Positions 9,791 to 18,842 of a stretch of DNA of 38,030 nt are shown here, piece after piece. The translations under genes and the position numbers were made by a program. This DNA comes from a virus. Taxonomy: Duplodnaviria; Caudoviricetes. The notes below the pieces were generated by a model, which saw nothing but the letters and a program-made list of their open reading frames with translations, was not told where the DNA came from and searched no databases. Within the stretch, counting starts at the first letter, position 1, and every line of letters begins with the position of its first letter. The DNA lies in the IMG/VR virus record IMGVR_UViG_3300020045_002115, positions 1 through 38,030 of that record; one strand, given 5' to 3'.

Positions 9791-10968
9791 CTTCTTTGTG
9801 CTTTGGTCTTATGGGCAAAATGAAAATCAATCTCGTATTTTATCATGCCGTTCAAGCTGTCCGCTACTTTCAGTTTCTTTGTTTCGATAATCACAGGCAT
9901 ATACTTCGTATCAATTTCCATATACACTTCAGGGCTTGACAACATTTCGCGAAGTACGAGAGCCTCGTTATCACTCAGGTAATCTGAAAACATTTTGTAT
10001 CCGTCATCCTGAGTTATCGCAAACTTGCTCTCTATAAAGTTACTTTGAAACTCCTTTGAGTTGGTGTCGTAGTTTCGGATATTCTGTCCTGTGAAAAGAA
10101 ACGAATCAAAACCACCGAGCCTATTTAAAAAGTGCAGCCGGATAGACTTTGGCTTACAGTCTTCGATGACAAACACGGTATAAATACGGGAGATTACAGA
10201 CGGGCTTGTATCTTTGAATTTTTCTATGACATACGATACAACGTCCTCATCAATGAAAGTAGTGTTGAGTGCCGCATTGATGTCGGCAGGGGCTATTCCT
10301 ATGTGAATGGTATAGGAGTAATTGGCAACCCCATCAGAATCTATTGCGAATGGAAACGCAAATGTGGCAGCCGCTTGCGAACCGTCTTTATTTATTTTTC
10401 TAACAGTATATTCAAGAATGCTATTATACGCCCCGTCAACATCAAATAATACCATTGCATAAAAAGAATCCGTTAGCCTCGCCCTGTGAAATCCGATGAT
10501 ATTCGTAAGCCACTTTGATTTATTGTCTTCCAAAAGCCTATCCGTCATCCGTGTTGTATCAAGCGGCTCAAAGATTGCCGCAATAGCCACCCTTAAATCA
10601 TCTTCAGTCACAGCATCTCCGTAATCCGAATCGCTATCTGAGTCGTTTATTATTTCCGTGAATGTGCATTGAAAAGCAAAATGAGAATCTGGAGCATCAA
10701 TATATCCGATGTCCGTTCCGAGGTCGGCTGCGTTGACATACATATTCGTTCCTATCAGGTCGTCAATGATTCCGTGAATATCAAACCGGAAAAGATTCGT
10801 TTCTCCGAATAAAGGTTTATGAGTTATTGAAGCAACGATATTACCGTCAATGTCTTTTATCTCACATAGAACTTCGTCCGGTGCATCGTCCGTTTCTATC
10901 TCGTAAAGAATCGGGTCTTTGCTGGTGACGAACTTTTCTAAGTCGGCTTGGTTGGTTATCGTTATCAT
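9787..10968 (-). CDS. Distal tail-like structural protein
   Basis: 393 aa; FLNRLGGFDSFLF and EMLSSPEVY motifs; adjacent to hub-like gene. Confidence 0.65.
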   Translation of the reverse strand: MITITNQADLEKFVTSKDPILYEIETDDAPDEVLCEIKDIDGNIVASITHKPLFGETNLFRFDIHGIIDDLIGTNMYVNAADLGTDIGYIDAPDSHFAFQCTFTEIINDSDSDSDYGDAVTEDDLRVAIAAIFEPLDTTRMTDRLLEDNKSKWLTNIIGFHRARLTDSFYAMVLFDVDGAYNSILEYTVRKINKDGSQAAATFAFPFAIDSDGVANYSYTIHIGIAPADINAALNTTFIDEDVVSYVIEKFKDTSPSVISRIYTVFVIEDCKPKSIRLHFLNRLGGFDSFLFTGQNIRNYDTNSKEFQSNFIESKFAITQDDGYKMFSDYLSDNEALVLREMLSSPEVYMEIDTKYMPVIIETKKLKVADSLNGMIKYEIDFHFAHKTKAQRR

Positions 10969-11189
10969 GTGGCTTCAAATATTTTAAGCGAAAGTTCGCA
11001 TACAACAACATTATCTTCGTAATACGGCTTTATGCTAATTCCCCTATAAGTTTCAATGCTTTGCATATTTAATTCATCTTGGAAATGCCTCATTACATTT
11101 TTGCCAATAAGAAAAGCGGATATAGTAAACTTATTATCACGTTCAACATCGGCAATCTGCTCGTCTATACTTTGTCTTACATAACTCAT
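10965..11189 (-). CDS. Hypothetical protein
   Basis: 74 aa, coupled at both ends. Confidence 0.6.
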   Translation of the reverse strand: MSYVRQSIDEQIADVERDNKFTISAFLIGKNVMRHFQDELNMQSIETYRGISIKPYYEDNVVVCELSLKIFEAT

Positions 11190-11875
11190 TGTTCGTATTT
11201 ACTTTTATCGGGGTACAATCCACTCATTAACATTTCCATTCCGTGACCTAATGCTTTATCGGAGATACTGAAAAACTTCGCCTCTTTTAAAAGGTCAAGA
11301 TATTCGTAACGAAATTTCTTCTCGAATAGTTTGTAATCTTTTGAGGCTTCGAACGGAACAGAGTTCATATTCCCGTACATGGATTTGAGGAGCGTCTTTC
11401 CAAAGGGTACGTTATACTTAGATTTCTCAATCGTAAAAGGGGCGTGAATGTTGTAGCTCATCAATGGTAATCCTAATGCCTTTAATTGCTTTTGCGTTTC
11501 AAGCAAAAGAGATTGATATTGTCTGTTCCCTTTCATTCTTACAATATGTTCCGATAAAGTTCCCGTTGAGAAATAAGGAAACTCGTCAGCATCAAAATCT
11601 GATAAAAGAAAGTGGTCATCGTACACACAAAGGAACTTGTCACTTATAGCGGTGTGGCTAACTGCGAACTGCGTCTTCTTAATCACGTTCAGAACTTTGT
11701 CATTCACTTCTTTGTATTCGATGTGATGAACATTCTGAAGGAACGAAGGGCAATGACCGATGATAAAAACCTTGCCGATGTTCTTTAAGTACTTCTGCAT
11801 TGAACGCAAAGAATACCTCAGCTCGTTATCTTTCCATCCCGAACGGATGCCTACTATGTAAACGAGGTCGGTCAT
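11186..11875 (-). CDS. Stealth-like sugar-phosphotransferase/glycosyltransferase
   Basis: DLVY, ELRYSLRS (Stealth CR2-like) and YDD motifs; start MTDLVY overlaps upstream stop (ORF track start 11902). Confidence 0.7.
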   Translation of the reverse strand: MTDLVYIVGIRSGWKDNELRYSLRSMQKYLKNIGKVFIIGHCPSFLQNVHHIEYKEVNDKVLNVIKKTQFAVSHTAISDKFLCVYDDHFLLSDFDADEFPYFSTGTLSEHIVRMKGNRQYQSLLLETQKQLKALGLPLMSYNIHAPFTIEKSKYNVPFGKTLLKSMYGNMNSVPFEASKDYKLFEKKFRYEYLDLLKEAKFFSISDKALGHGMEMLMSGLYPDKSKYEQ

Positions 11876-12567
11876 ATCTCCCTGCTTTTCTTTGTTGACC
11901 AATGGCGAATCATCGCGCTGCCTGCGTCAATGACTACCTTATTAAATTTCCTTGCCGCTTCGACAATCAGGTATTTACCGGAAGCCCCTACCGAGCAAAG
12001 TATCAGGTTTGCTTTCATGCCTCCGATAAACTTTAAAGCTGCTCCGTAATCTTCCCACGAATCGTAATCTGCGTACTCCATTCTGACGATTGAGTATTTA
12101 TCACATAGTCCGTTCGCTACCTTTTGAGAATCCCTACAAACTACCCCTACTCCTCCGGTGTGCTGAAGCAATTTAGGAACCCGTCCCATATACAGCCATT
12201 CGTGACAGATGATACCTGAGCCATAAAAAGCCCTTGCATTTACGTGAGGTATTATCTCGTAACGGTCAAGCATCAGCCCTGAGATGTTGGGGCAAAATAT
12301 ATCCGCTTCATTCGCTGCTTTGATAACGCTTGTCTGAACCTTTTTAAAGTCGGCTCCGACAAGACCGTATTCTTTCAGCCATACTTTATCCGTCAGATAT
12401 CTTTTATTCACTCCGAGAATTATCGAACGCTCCCCGTCCCCCATCCTGACAAGCGACAAAGGTTTGCGCATCAGCAAAGCATTTGATACGAGGATGAATA
12501 TAGCATCCCCCGACATATACTTTTTTGCCGTAGCAACTTTTTCAGCTTCGTATATCTGAAGGTTCAT
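11872..12567 (-). CDS. GT-D fold glycosyltransferase-like protein
   Basis: SLVRMGDGE and VIDAGS motifs of GT-D/DUF1792-like proteins; likely start MNLQIY (ORF track start 12654). Confidence 0.7.
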   Translation of the reverse strand: MNLQIYEAEKVATAKKYMSGDAIFILVSNALLMRKPLSLVRMGDGERSIILGVNKRYLTDKVWLKEYGLVGADFKKVQTSVIKAANEADIFCPNISGLMLDRYEIIPHVNARAFYGSGIICHEWLYMGRVPKLLQHTGGVGVVCRDSQKVANGLCDKYSIVRMEYADYDSWEDYGAALKFIGGMKANLILCSVGASGKYLIVEAARKFNKVVIDAGSAMIRHWSTKKSREI

Positions 12568-13144
12568 TTTGAAGTGCGTTATATTCGTCCATATCAACTT
12601 CTCCGTGTCCGTACTGCCAGCGTTTCTTATTCTCTGCCTGATTCCAATTCTCATAAACCAACGGAACTTTTCTTTTCTTTATCAGCGTGATATTTGAATC
12701 CAGATGATTGAAGGATATTGCCTCTACTTCGAGAAAACAATGCTGTAAAAGCCCACAGAGAAAAACTATATTCTTCGCCCTGCGTGTGTCATGAAAAGCA
12801 AACAACCCGCCTGGTTTCAAATACTTCCAATGTTCAATAGCGAACGTCCCCCGTAGATTCATAAGCCCGTCATCAAAGATAAAATCATATTCTCCTTCGG
12901 GTTTAAAATCTTCCAGCGAAGAAAACCTTACATCTTTCTTTATCTCCAAAAACTCAAGGTTCTTTTGTGTCCTGCGAATCCATTCTTTCTCGGTATCGAT
13001 GCTGGTTAGTTCGCCTTCGGTGTAAGCCGCCAATACCTGTGTGCTTGCTCCGCTTCCGAACTCCAATATCCGTTCGTGCTGCTCTGCCATTTCTTTAAGG
13101 ACTACTGCATCCTGTTTTGATATATCGCCTATGTAAACTATCAT
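12542..13144 (-). CDS. Class I SAM-dependent methyltransferase (small-molecule/sugar type)
   Basis: ILEFGSGAST, YDFIFDDG, LKPGGLFAFHD motifs. Confidence 0.85.
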   Translation of the reverse strand: MIVYIGDISKQDAVVLKEMAEQHERILEFGSGASTQVLAAYTEGELTSIDTEKEWIRRTQKNLEFLEIKKDVRFSSLEDFKPEGEYDFIFDDGLMNLRGTFAIEHWKYLKPGGLFAFHDTRRAKNIVFLCGLLQHCFLEVEAISFNHLDSNITLIKKRKVPLVYENWNQAENKKRWQYGHGEVDMDEYNALQNEPSDIRS

Positions 13145-13845
13145 TGAAGGTATGCTAACTTATTTTTGTTTCCTGTTCGCTTCGATACCCTCCAAAGAGA
13201 GGCGTTATCCTGAGTACCTGGAAAGATTTTTATCTCGTTTGCCTTGTGGGCAAGGACTACCATTTTAATTCTATTGTCGCGGCAAAACTTTCCGAAGCTG
13301 CCGTCTAAAGTATTCACCGAGCCGTTGAGTGAATTAAAATAAAATCCTTTCTCTCTGAGTGTGCCTACATAAAATCCGGCAAGTGCCGTTCCTATCGTAT
13401 GGGTAGCTTCATCCTTTAGCACATCGGTGAAGTATTGAAACATTACTTTCTGCTCTTTGTAATCGGTGACAGGGAAAGAAGTAAACCGTATGCCGTGAAA
13501 CCCTACTGCCGCCTGACGTTTGTATCTTTCAATCCCGTTAATGATTCTCTCCGAATAATTAGATGGGTAAATAATATCATCATCGAAGGTCAGGAAATAG
13601 GCATCTTCTTTTGTTTCATCGAAAGCAAACATTTTCTTTTCGGCTGTGAACCGTCCGTAGATAATATTACTTGACTTAAAATATTTCTCTACATATTTCT
13701 CAATGATTAAGTCCCGACCAATGTAACTCATGGCGACATTAATTTTATCACATGGTATTTTCTGAAATGCCAACGCCTTGAGAACTCCCATAAAAGACTT
13801 TCTCCTGCGTTGAACGGTGGCGATATTGAATATTAACTCAGGCAA
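13141..13845 (-). CDS. GT-A fold (GT2-like) glycosyltransferase
   Basis: FLTFDDDIIYP DxD motif, GFHG, IGT. Confidence 0.8.
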   Translation of the reverse strand: MPELIFNIATVQRRRKSFMGVLKALAFQKIPCDKINVAMSYIGRDLIIEKYVEKYFKSSNIIYGRFTAEKKMFAFDETKEDAYFLTFDDDIIYPSNYSERIINGIERYKRQAAVGFHGIRFTSFPVTDYKEQKVMFQYFTDVLKDEATHTIGTALAGFYVGTLREKGFYFNSLNGSVNTLDGSFGKFCRDNRIKMVVLAHKANEIKIFPGTQDNASLWRVSKRTGNKNKLAYLQ

Positions 13846-14218
13846 CTTTCATTTCCTGCTTTGGCGGTGCAGGCGGGTTTTGCATTTTAGGAACTCCTTT
13901 ATGTATTAATTTCTTACCTGAGAATATCTTTTGCAGCCATGTCTTTTTATCTGACTTTAATCCTAAAACAGATTCGATGTCTGACATGGCTTCTTTGTTC
14001 TTCAGCATATTCTCAAATGCCAACGGGTTAAGGATTCGCTGTGACTTATTCTTATTAAAACATTCGTCTTTCCATTTCTTATTCTGAATGTCAAACATTT
14101 TCTTTTTGTCCTCCTTGCTTCGCTCGAAGGAATGATAGACGTAAGCAATAACCAGCGAACGCAAAAGTTCCGATGACTTCTTTTGAATCCTTTCCCTTTC
14201 TCTCTTTGTTAAACTCAT
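13838..14218 (-). CDS. Hypothetical basic protein
   Basis: 126 aa, overlapping neighbours. Confidence 0.6.
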   Translation of the reverse strand: MSLTKRERERIQKKSSELLRSLVIAYVYHSFERSKEDKKKMFDIQNKKWKDECFNKNKSQRILNPLAFENMLKNKEAMSDIESVLGLKSDKKTWLQKIFSGKKLIHKGVPKMQNPPAPPKQEMKVA

Positions 14219-14703
14219 AGCGTGACGTTTTGAAGTTGTGAACTCACAAAGTCTTCAACCAACTCCGTAAAGTTCTTTTCGATAAATTCTTTAATGTCCG
14301 GCTCGTTCCGTTTCAGCACATTGCCGATGAAGTTAGAATATCGTTTCGGTTCTCTGAATATCCTATTCCCTTCATCGAATGTTTTTTTCTGAATAGCAAA
14401 AGCAATGGAACGGATTTTCTTTTCGTCCTTCTCAAAGCCCTTGACTTTAATCCATTCTATGAGTGCGTCAATAGGAACTTTCCTTGCTCCAGGTGGGCGG
14501 CCTCTGTCAACATACTGACCATAAAACTCCCCGTATCCTACTATCGCCAACCCTTCAGCGAAAGCCTCTACTTCGACATGAATAGAGTTGATTAAGGTTT
14601 CGGTGGCTCGGTGGTTCTGATTCCAAAGTTCGGCTTGTACCTGCTCCTTTAAAGAGGTGGTAAGCGGCTCTAACTTTTCCTGAAGCGGGGAGATGTCGAA
14701 CAT
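14215..14703 (-). CDS. Neck/tail-completion protein (HK97 gp10-like)
   Basis: LINSI, YGQYVDRGRPPG, IEWIKVKG, AFAIQKK motifs. Confidence 0.7.
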   Translation of the reverse strand: MFDISPLQEKLEPLTTSLKEQVQAELWNQNHRATETLINSIHVEVEAFAEGLAIVGYGEFYGQYVDRGRPPGARKVPIDALIEWIKVKGFEKDEKKIRSIAFAIQKKTFDEGNRIFREPKRYSNFIGNVLKRNEPDIKEFIEKNFTELVEDFVSSQLQNVTL

Positions 14704-15365
14704 TATTCTTTGATGTAGTCAACGATTAAAGTATCCCCTACCTGTGGAGGGTTGGTGAATGTGATAGTGTTTCCTGAAACGGTATAGTCCACGTTTAACT
14801 TCTGCCGGCCCGGCTGATAGACTGTTGTCGTTCCCGTTCGTGGTGTAAATGCCAAAGTGAAAACAGTATTCACCCCGTCAATAACTCCCGATGGAACTTC
14901 GTTGAATACGTGTTCGGGCAAATCAAGCAAGGCAATCTCGACAAGTGATATATCACATTCGGATGGCATCCGAACCGTGAACGAAAGTTTCACCCCTGCA
15001 AGTTGGTCGTTATGTTCGGAGATTCCATATTCAATGACAACGGGGCTGCTGATAGGTAAAGCAATCCTGATAGACTCAACGAACTTCATCCCGATTAATT
15101 CAAGTTCGCTCCATTTCTTTGACTTCCTCTTGACTACATTTTCTGCTGACTGATAAAGGTCGTAGAAATACAAAACTACGGGAATGCTTTCGAAGGGTTG
15201 GTAGGCATCGGGGTACGAAGGTCGGGGCGGAATGAAAAGGCAAAGCGGATAGCTCCTGTTTCTATCCTGATTGATTTCATACAGGTATCCGAAATGGTAA
15301 CTTTTTATTTCGGGGATTAATGCTGCTGCTGCATCAAAGAAAATGTCAAGGTCATTTAAGGTCAT
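14703..15365 (-). CDS. Tail terminator-like protein with extra C-terminal beta domain
   Basis: YP motif N-domain ending AGVKLSFTV; then NEVPSGVIDGVNTVFTL...DYTVSGNTITF domain. Confidence 0.55.
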   Translation of the reverse strand: MTLNDLDIFFDAAAALIPEIKSYHFGYLYEINQDRNRSYPLCLFIPPRPSYPDAYQPFESIPVVLYFYDLYQSAENVVKRKSKKWSELELIGMKFVESIRIALPISSPVVIEYGISEHNDQLAGVKLSFTVRMPSECDISLVEIALLDLPEHVFNEVPSGVIDGVNTVFTLAFTPRTGTTTVYQPGRQKLNVDYTVSGNTITFTNPPQVGDTLIVDYIKE

Positions 15366-16184
15366 GGAGTCGCTCTAAATAATTCTGTTCGTCAATGCTA
15401 AGTGAAAGGTAGGTGAGTACGGTGTAAAGTTCTGTATCGCAAACCGAATCAATGCTGTTCTTATTTGGCAGGTCAAATATTTTTTTCTCTGCTAATTTAC
15501 TTATCGAACTATACCATCCCCATCGTTCATTCAGTTCAGTAATGCCAGCCGCTTTCTGTTTTGGGGTAGATGGCTTTCCATCAAAGAGATTGTTGAACGC
15601 TGTATAGATATGATTTTTAGCTGCAAAAAAAAACTGACGAAAGCGAAAACTTTATCTAAGGTTACGGTGAGAAATAACTTCTCCCGCTCCTTTATCAGTT
15701 CCCCTACATACGCTTCGCCTTTCTTCCTGCAATAGATTGCCATGAGTCCGGGAACGGCTTTGTAGTTTCCGTCATTGAGTTGACCCGATAACTTTTCTAC
15801 TAAAGTCGCATCGGCAAATTCCCCGAAAGTAGAACCTTGTAATAGTTCTTTAGGAAACAAATACTCCTCGCCTTTAATCTCAAAGCGGTCAATCAAAGGA
15901 ATGTCCTGAGCGAATACGGCAAGGATTGAATTGAGCATCCCGTACACATCTGCGGCTTCGGTTTTGGTCAGGATGTCAATGGGAACCTTCGTCCAGAAGT
16001 GTACCTGCTTTAAAGCGTACTCCGCACGTTCCAAAAGTTCATCCGTAGTGAGGTCTTCGGATTTCTTTTCTTCGACAACGGATTTCGGAATCGGGATAGT
16101 AAGATAATCAATGTACTCCTTCAGGGTGATTTCTGAAAGGAGATGCTTGTAAGAGTAGGTTTTTTTATTGAGGGTGAACTTCAC
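15352..16184 (-). CDS. Tail assembly chaperone long form (gpGT-like) via programmed -1 frameshift at 15625-15633
   Basis: -1 frame after AGT TTT TTT is open for ~91 codons (FAAKNHIY...NERWGWYSSISKLA...YLERLHDLK*) and fills the 15366-15530 gap. Confidence 0.75.
15531..16184 (-). CDS. Tail assembly chaperone (short, gpG-like form)
   Basis: 217 aa; EITLKEY, TFGEF, MAIYCR; T9 slippery run near the 3' end. Confidence 0.75.
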   Translation of the reverse strand: MKFTLNKKTYSYKHLLSEITLKEYIDYLTIPIPKSVVEEKKSEDLTTDELLERAEYALKQVHFWTKVPIDILTKTEAADVYGMLNSILAVFAQDIPLIDRFEIKGEEYLFPKELLQGSTFGEFADATLVEKLSGQLNDGNYKAVPGLMAIYCRKKGEAYVGELIKEREKLFLTVTLDKVFAFVSFFLQLKIISIQRSTISLMESHLPQNRKRLALLN

Positions 16185-16387
16185 TTTCCGTAAGTGATTT
16201 TACCACGCCTTGCAAATGCCGGCGCTTTTACTTTCGGCTTGACGGGTGCGGCTTTCGCCTTCGGCTGTTCGACCTTTACGGGTTGCTTTGCTTTCGCTGG
16301 CTTGCTTTCAACCTTTACAACTTTAGCGGGTGCTTTAGCTTTCGGCTTACTAACTTCTTTTTTAGACTCTGCTTTTTTCTTTGCCAT
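16181..16387 (-). CDS. Lys/Ala/Pro-rich small basic (histone H1-like composition) protein
   Basis: 68 aa with PKAKA/PAKAK repeats. Confidence 0.7.
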   Translation of the reverse strand: MAKKKAESKKEVSKPKAKAPAKVVKVESKPAKAKQPVKVEQPKAKAAPVKPKVKAPAFARRGKITYGK

Positions 16388-16398
16388 GATATTTAAGA

Positions 16399-16767
16399 TT
16401 AGATATTTAAACTTTGTGAAGCTTGTTGAAATAACTGAATTGCCCTGCGTACCCTTGCCATGTACATAATCTGGCGTTTGGATTTCATCTGCTCAACGGT
16501 AGCTTTCCCCGTTTCGATTGCCAAAGCGATGGCGGCTTGCATCGGCTCGATGGTCACATACTTAGCTGTTGGCTTTTTGATTTCCTCTTTGAGGTGGGTT
16601 AATACTCCATCGAGTGAAGAGGGCGCTTTACCCTTTGCCGGGTTGGCAGCCTTTAGTGCCTTGCTTAGTTCTTCGACCTGCTTATTAAGCTGGTCAATGA
16701 GAATCAAATCCTCTTCTTTGGATTCGTTCCTTACCGTGTGAGACTTGTTTTTATTTTTGTTGCTCAT
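16399..16767 (-). CDS. Hypothetical protein
   Basis: 122 aa with short coiled coil. Confidence 0.65.
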   Translation of the reverse strand: MSNKNKNKSHTVRNESKEEDLILIDQLNKQVEELSKALKAANPAKGKAPSSLDGVLTHLKEEIKKPTAKYVTIEPMQAAIALAIETGKATVEQMKSKRQIMYMARVRRAIQLFQQASQSLNI

Positions 16768-17111
16768 CAGAATTTATACGCTAAAGTTAATCCTTCATTC
16801 GTGGTTTTTAAAGACAGGTTTCGGTGTCCCGCTTTCTTTACGTTTGACCATGCAGAAAGTTCGTACACGAAGCCCGTAAACATCAGCATCCCTCCGATAA
16901 CTGCCATCGGTGTTTTTATTCCCGAATCCATATCAGATGAAAGAGTAGGGGCGATGATTACGAGCGTCCCTATGGCGTAGAGTGTGTAACCTGTTCGCCC
17001 CTGTACTCCGGCCTTGTAAAGGAATCCTGTTCGTGCCTGTGGAAAGTTGGATGTCTGTGCAAATGTTTCAAAGGAAACAAAAAGCAAAAAGAAGAGAATA
17101 AATTTTTTCAT
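16767..17111 (-). CDS. Signal-peptide membrane protein (moron-like)
   Basis: MKKFILFFLLFVSFETFA|Q signal, two hydrophobic segments, C-terminal GLTLAYKF. Confidence 0.7.
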   Translation of the reverse strand: MKKFILFFLLFVSFETFAQTSNFPQARTGFLYKAGVQGRTGYTLYAIGTLVIIAPTLSSDMDSGIKTPMAVIGGMLMFTGFVYELSAWSNVKKAGHRNLSLKTTNEGLTLAYKF

Positions 17112-17125
17112 TTTTTAGGTTTTGC

Positions 17126-17156
17126 CAAATGTAAATTATTTCACCTTACAAACAAA
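17126..17156 (-). promoter_or_regulatory. Bacteroidota sigma-A-type promoter
   Basis: Minus strand TTTG-N19-TACATTTG matches the -33/-7 consensus TTTG/TAnnTTTG, just upstream of 17111. Confidence 0.7.
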
Positions 17157-17161
17157 CTGTC

Positions 17162-18316
17162 TTAGCCTGAAAATATTAACCGCTGCTTTGGTGAAACTTT
17201 CTTATACGTTACGACATACCTCAGCGGGTCGAGCAGGTGGTTGTAAAAGTCTATCGGCTCGTTCGTTGTTTCGCCTGACTTCTCAACCTTCCATTTATAG
17301 TTCCTTAATTCCTTAATCAGGTTTACGCTTCGCTTAGTGACCATGATGGGATATTGCTTTACCAAGTCTATGCCTATGCGAATTGAATCTTTTCCTTTCT
17401 CTGCGCCCTTGATATTAAACCCTGACAACTGAATCTCACGTATGGATTTCGGTTCTGCGCTGTCGGCAATGATTTCTGTCTTTCCGATGGTTAATGATTT
17501 AAGAAACTCAATGATATTTCTATTGGTCATGTCGGTTCGGTAAAGCAATTCGTCTAACCAAAGTTTGCCATCCTGAAATCGAACATCAATCAATGTAGTC
17601 GGATCGTTGGTGAATCCGAAGTCCATGCCTAACGTACGCTCTACTTCAGGGATGGAGTCAACCAGGGTGAAGGACGGGAATATCGTACCCTCCGAAATCC
17701 CAAACTCCAAATCAATATGAACCCGCCTGAAGTTCAAATCCCTTTTGGCTTTCATCTCAATCTCATGCCGGATAGTATCACTCAGGTATTTATTATCACG
17801 GTAGTTTGACTTAATGATTATCCGTTCATTGTCAGGCAAGGAGAATACCTTGTCGGTAATCCAAAACTGATGGTCGGGATTGTAGTCATAAAAGATTGTC
17901 CCGTCAGTTCGCATCTCTGCCTGTTCAACCAATTGGTAGTTCATGTTAATGGCTTCATTCACATAAAGGATATTTCTTCTCGGGCCGGTTACTTTACCAG
18001 GGGAATCAGCCGAAAAGAACTCAATGATAGATTTCCCAAAGAAGTATTGATGTTCGCTTTTGTTGATATTGCGCTCATCGTAAATGTCATCCCCCTTCAG
18101 TATGTTTTCGAAGTCCCTGATGGCTCCCATCCGCAGGTGAGGCATCGTTTCGCTCATCACGGAGATTAATATGCCTTGCTTTTTTTGGGCAATCAAAAGT
18201 AAAAGCTGAAGGATTGAAAAGTTCTTTGAGCTGGAAGTGCCTCCGTGATTTACTATTCTGCGAAATCCTGCGTTAAATGCCTTTATGTTATTCGTGAAAA
18301 CTTTTGTGCATCGCAT
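17162..18316 (-). CDS. terL: Terminase large subunit (PBSX/Terminase_3-like)
   Basis: GGTSSSK Walker A-like, LYVNEA Walker B, DYNP, GMDFGFTNDPT, ADSAEP, NHLLDPLRY nuclease motifs. Confidence 0.95.
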   Translation of the reverse strand: MRCTKVFTNNIKAFNAGFRRIVNHGGTSSSKNFSILQLLLLIAQKKQGILISVMSETMPHLRMGAIRDFENILKGDDIYDERNINKSEHQYFFGKSIIEFFSADSPGKVTGPRRNILYVNEAINMNYQLVEQAEMRTDGTIFYDYNPDHQFWITDKVFSLPDNERIIIKSNYRDNKYLSDTIRHEIEMKAKRDLNFRRVHIDLEFGISEGTIFPSFTLVDSIPEVERTLGMDFGFTNDPTTLIDVRFQDGKLWLDELLYRTDMTNRNIIEFLKSLTIGKTEIIADSAEPKSIREIQLSGFNIKGAEKGKDSIRIGIDLVKQYPIMVTKRSVNLIKELRNYKWKVEKSGETTNEPIDFYNHLLDPLRYVVTYKKVSPKQRLIFSG

Positions 18317-18359
18317 TCAAAAAGTGCATTTCTGTTCTAATTTCCCGATGGAAGCCAAT

Positions 18360-18842
18360 TTATAGTTTCTCAATTTCACCCTTTGCATCCGGCTCAATCG
18401 AAACCCGTATCGCCTTTCCGTCTGAGGTGACATCGGTGGAATCTTTTAATCCTAATTTTCGGGCTATTATGTTCGCATTCAAGAATCCTGATGCGGCTCC
18501 TGAAAACTGCTGATTTGCGATAGTTTCCTCGATTGCGGTGATGACTGTGCTAAAATCTTCTTTATTTGCCCTTTCCTGAGATTTGAAACTTCGAAAGTAG
18601 GCGGTGTTGGCTCCGAGGTAAAGACAAAGCCCCTCAAGGGTAAAAGGTCTGATTACGGGAATCTCCTCAATTTTCGATTCGCCCTGATAGGTGGTCAATT
18701 CTGCTTTTTGGAAAGGGTTTTCGATGCACCATTTGAAGTATTCACAAGCGGCTTCCCACATTAGCTCAGGGGTTGCAAAGAGCTTGTCCCGTCCATGTTT
18801 TGAGCGAATCTCCCAGAAGTTATTTCCCTTTGGTGCTGCCAT
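18360..18842 (-). CDS. terS: Terminase small subunit (P22 gp3-like)
   Basis: MAAPKGNNFW...HGR...WEAACEYF and NANIIARKLGL match P22 gp3-type proteins; directly upstream of terL. Confidence 0.9.
   Translation of the reverse strand: MAAPKGNNFWEIRSKHGRDKLFATPELMWEAACEYFKWCIENPFQKAELTTYQGESKIEEIPVIRPFTLEGLCLYLGANTAYFRSFKSQERANKEDFSTVITAIEETIANQQFSGAASGFLNANIIARKLGLKDSTDVTSDGKAIRVSIEPDAKGEIEKL

Noticed and set aside
18220-18245. Degenerate Walker A (GGTSSSKN) suggesting an inactive terminase
   Set aside because: The Lys is retained, all other motifs are intact, and such variants are plausible in this terminase family.
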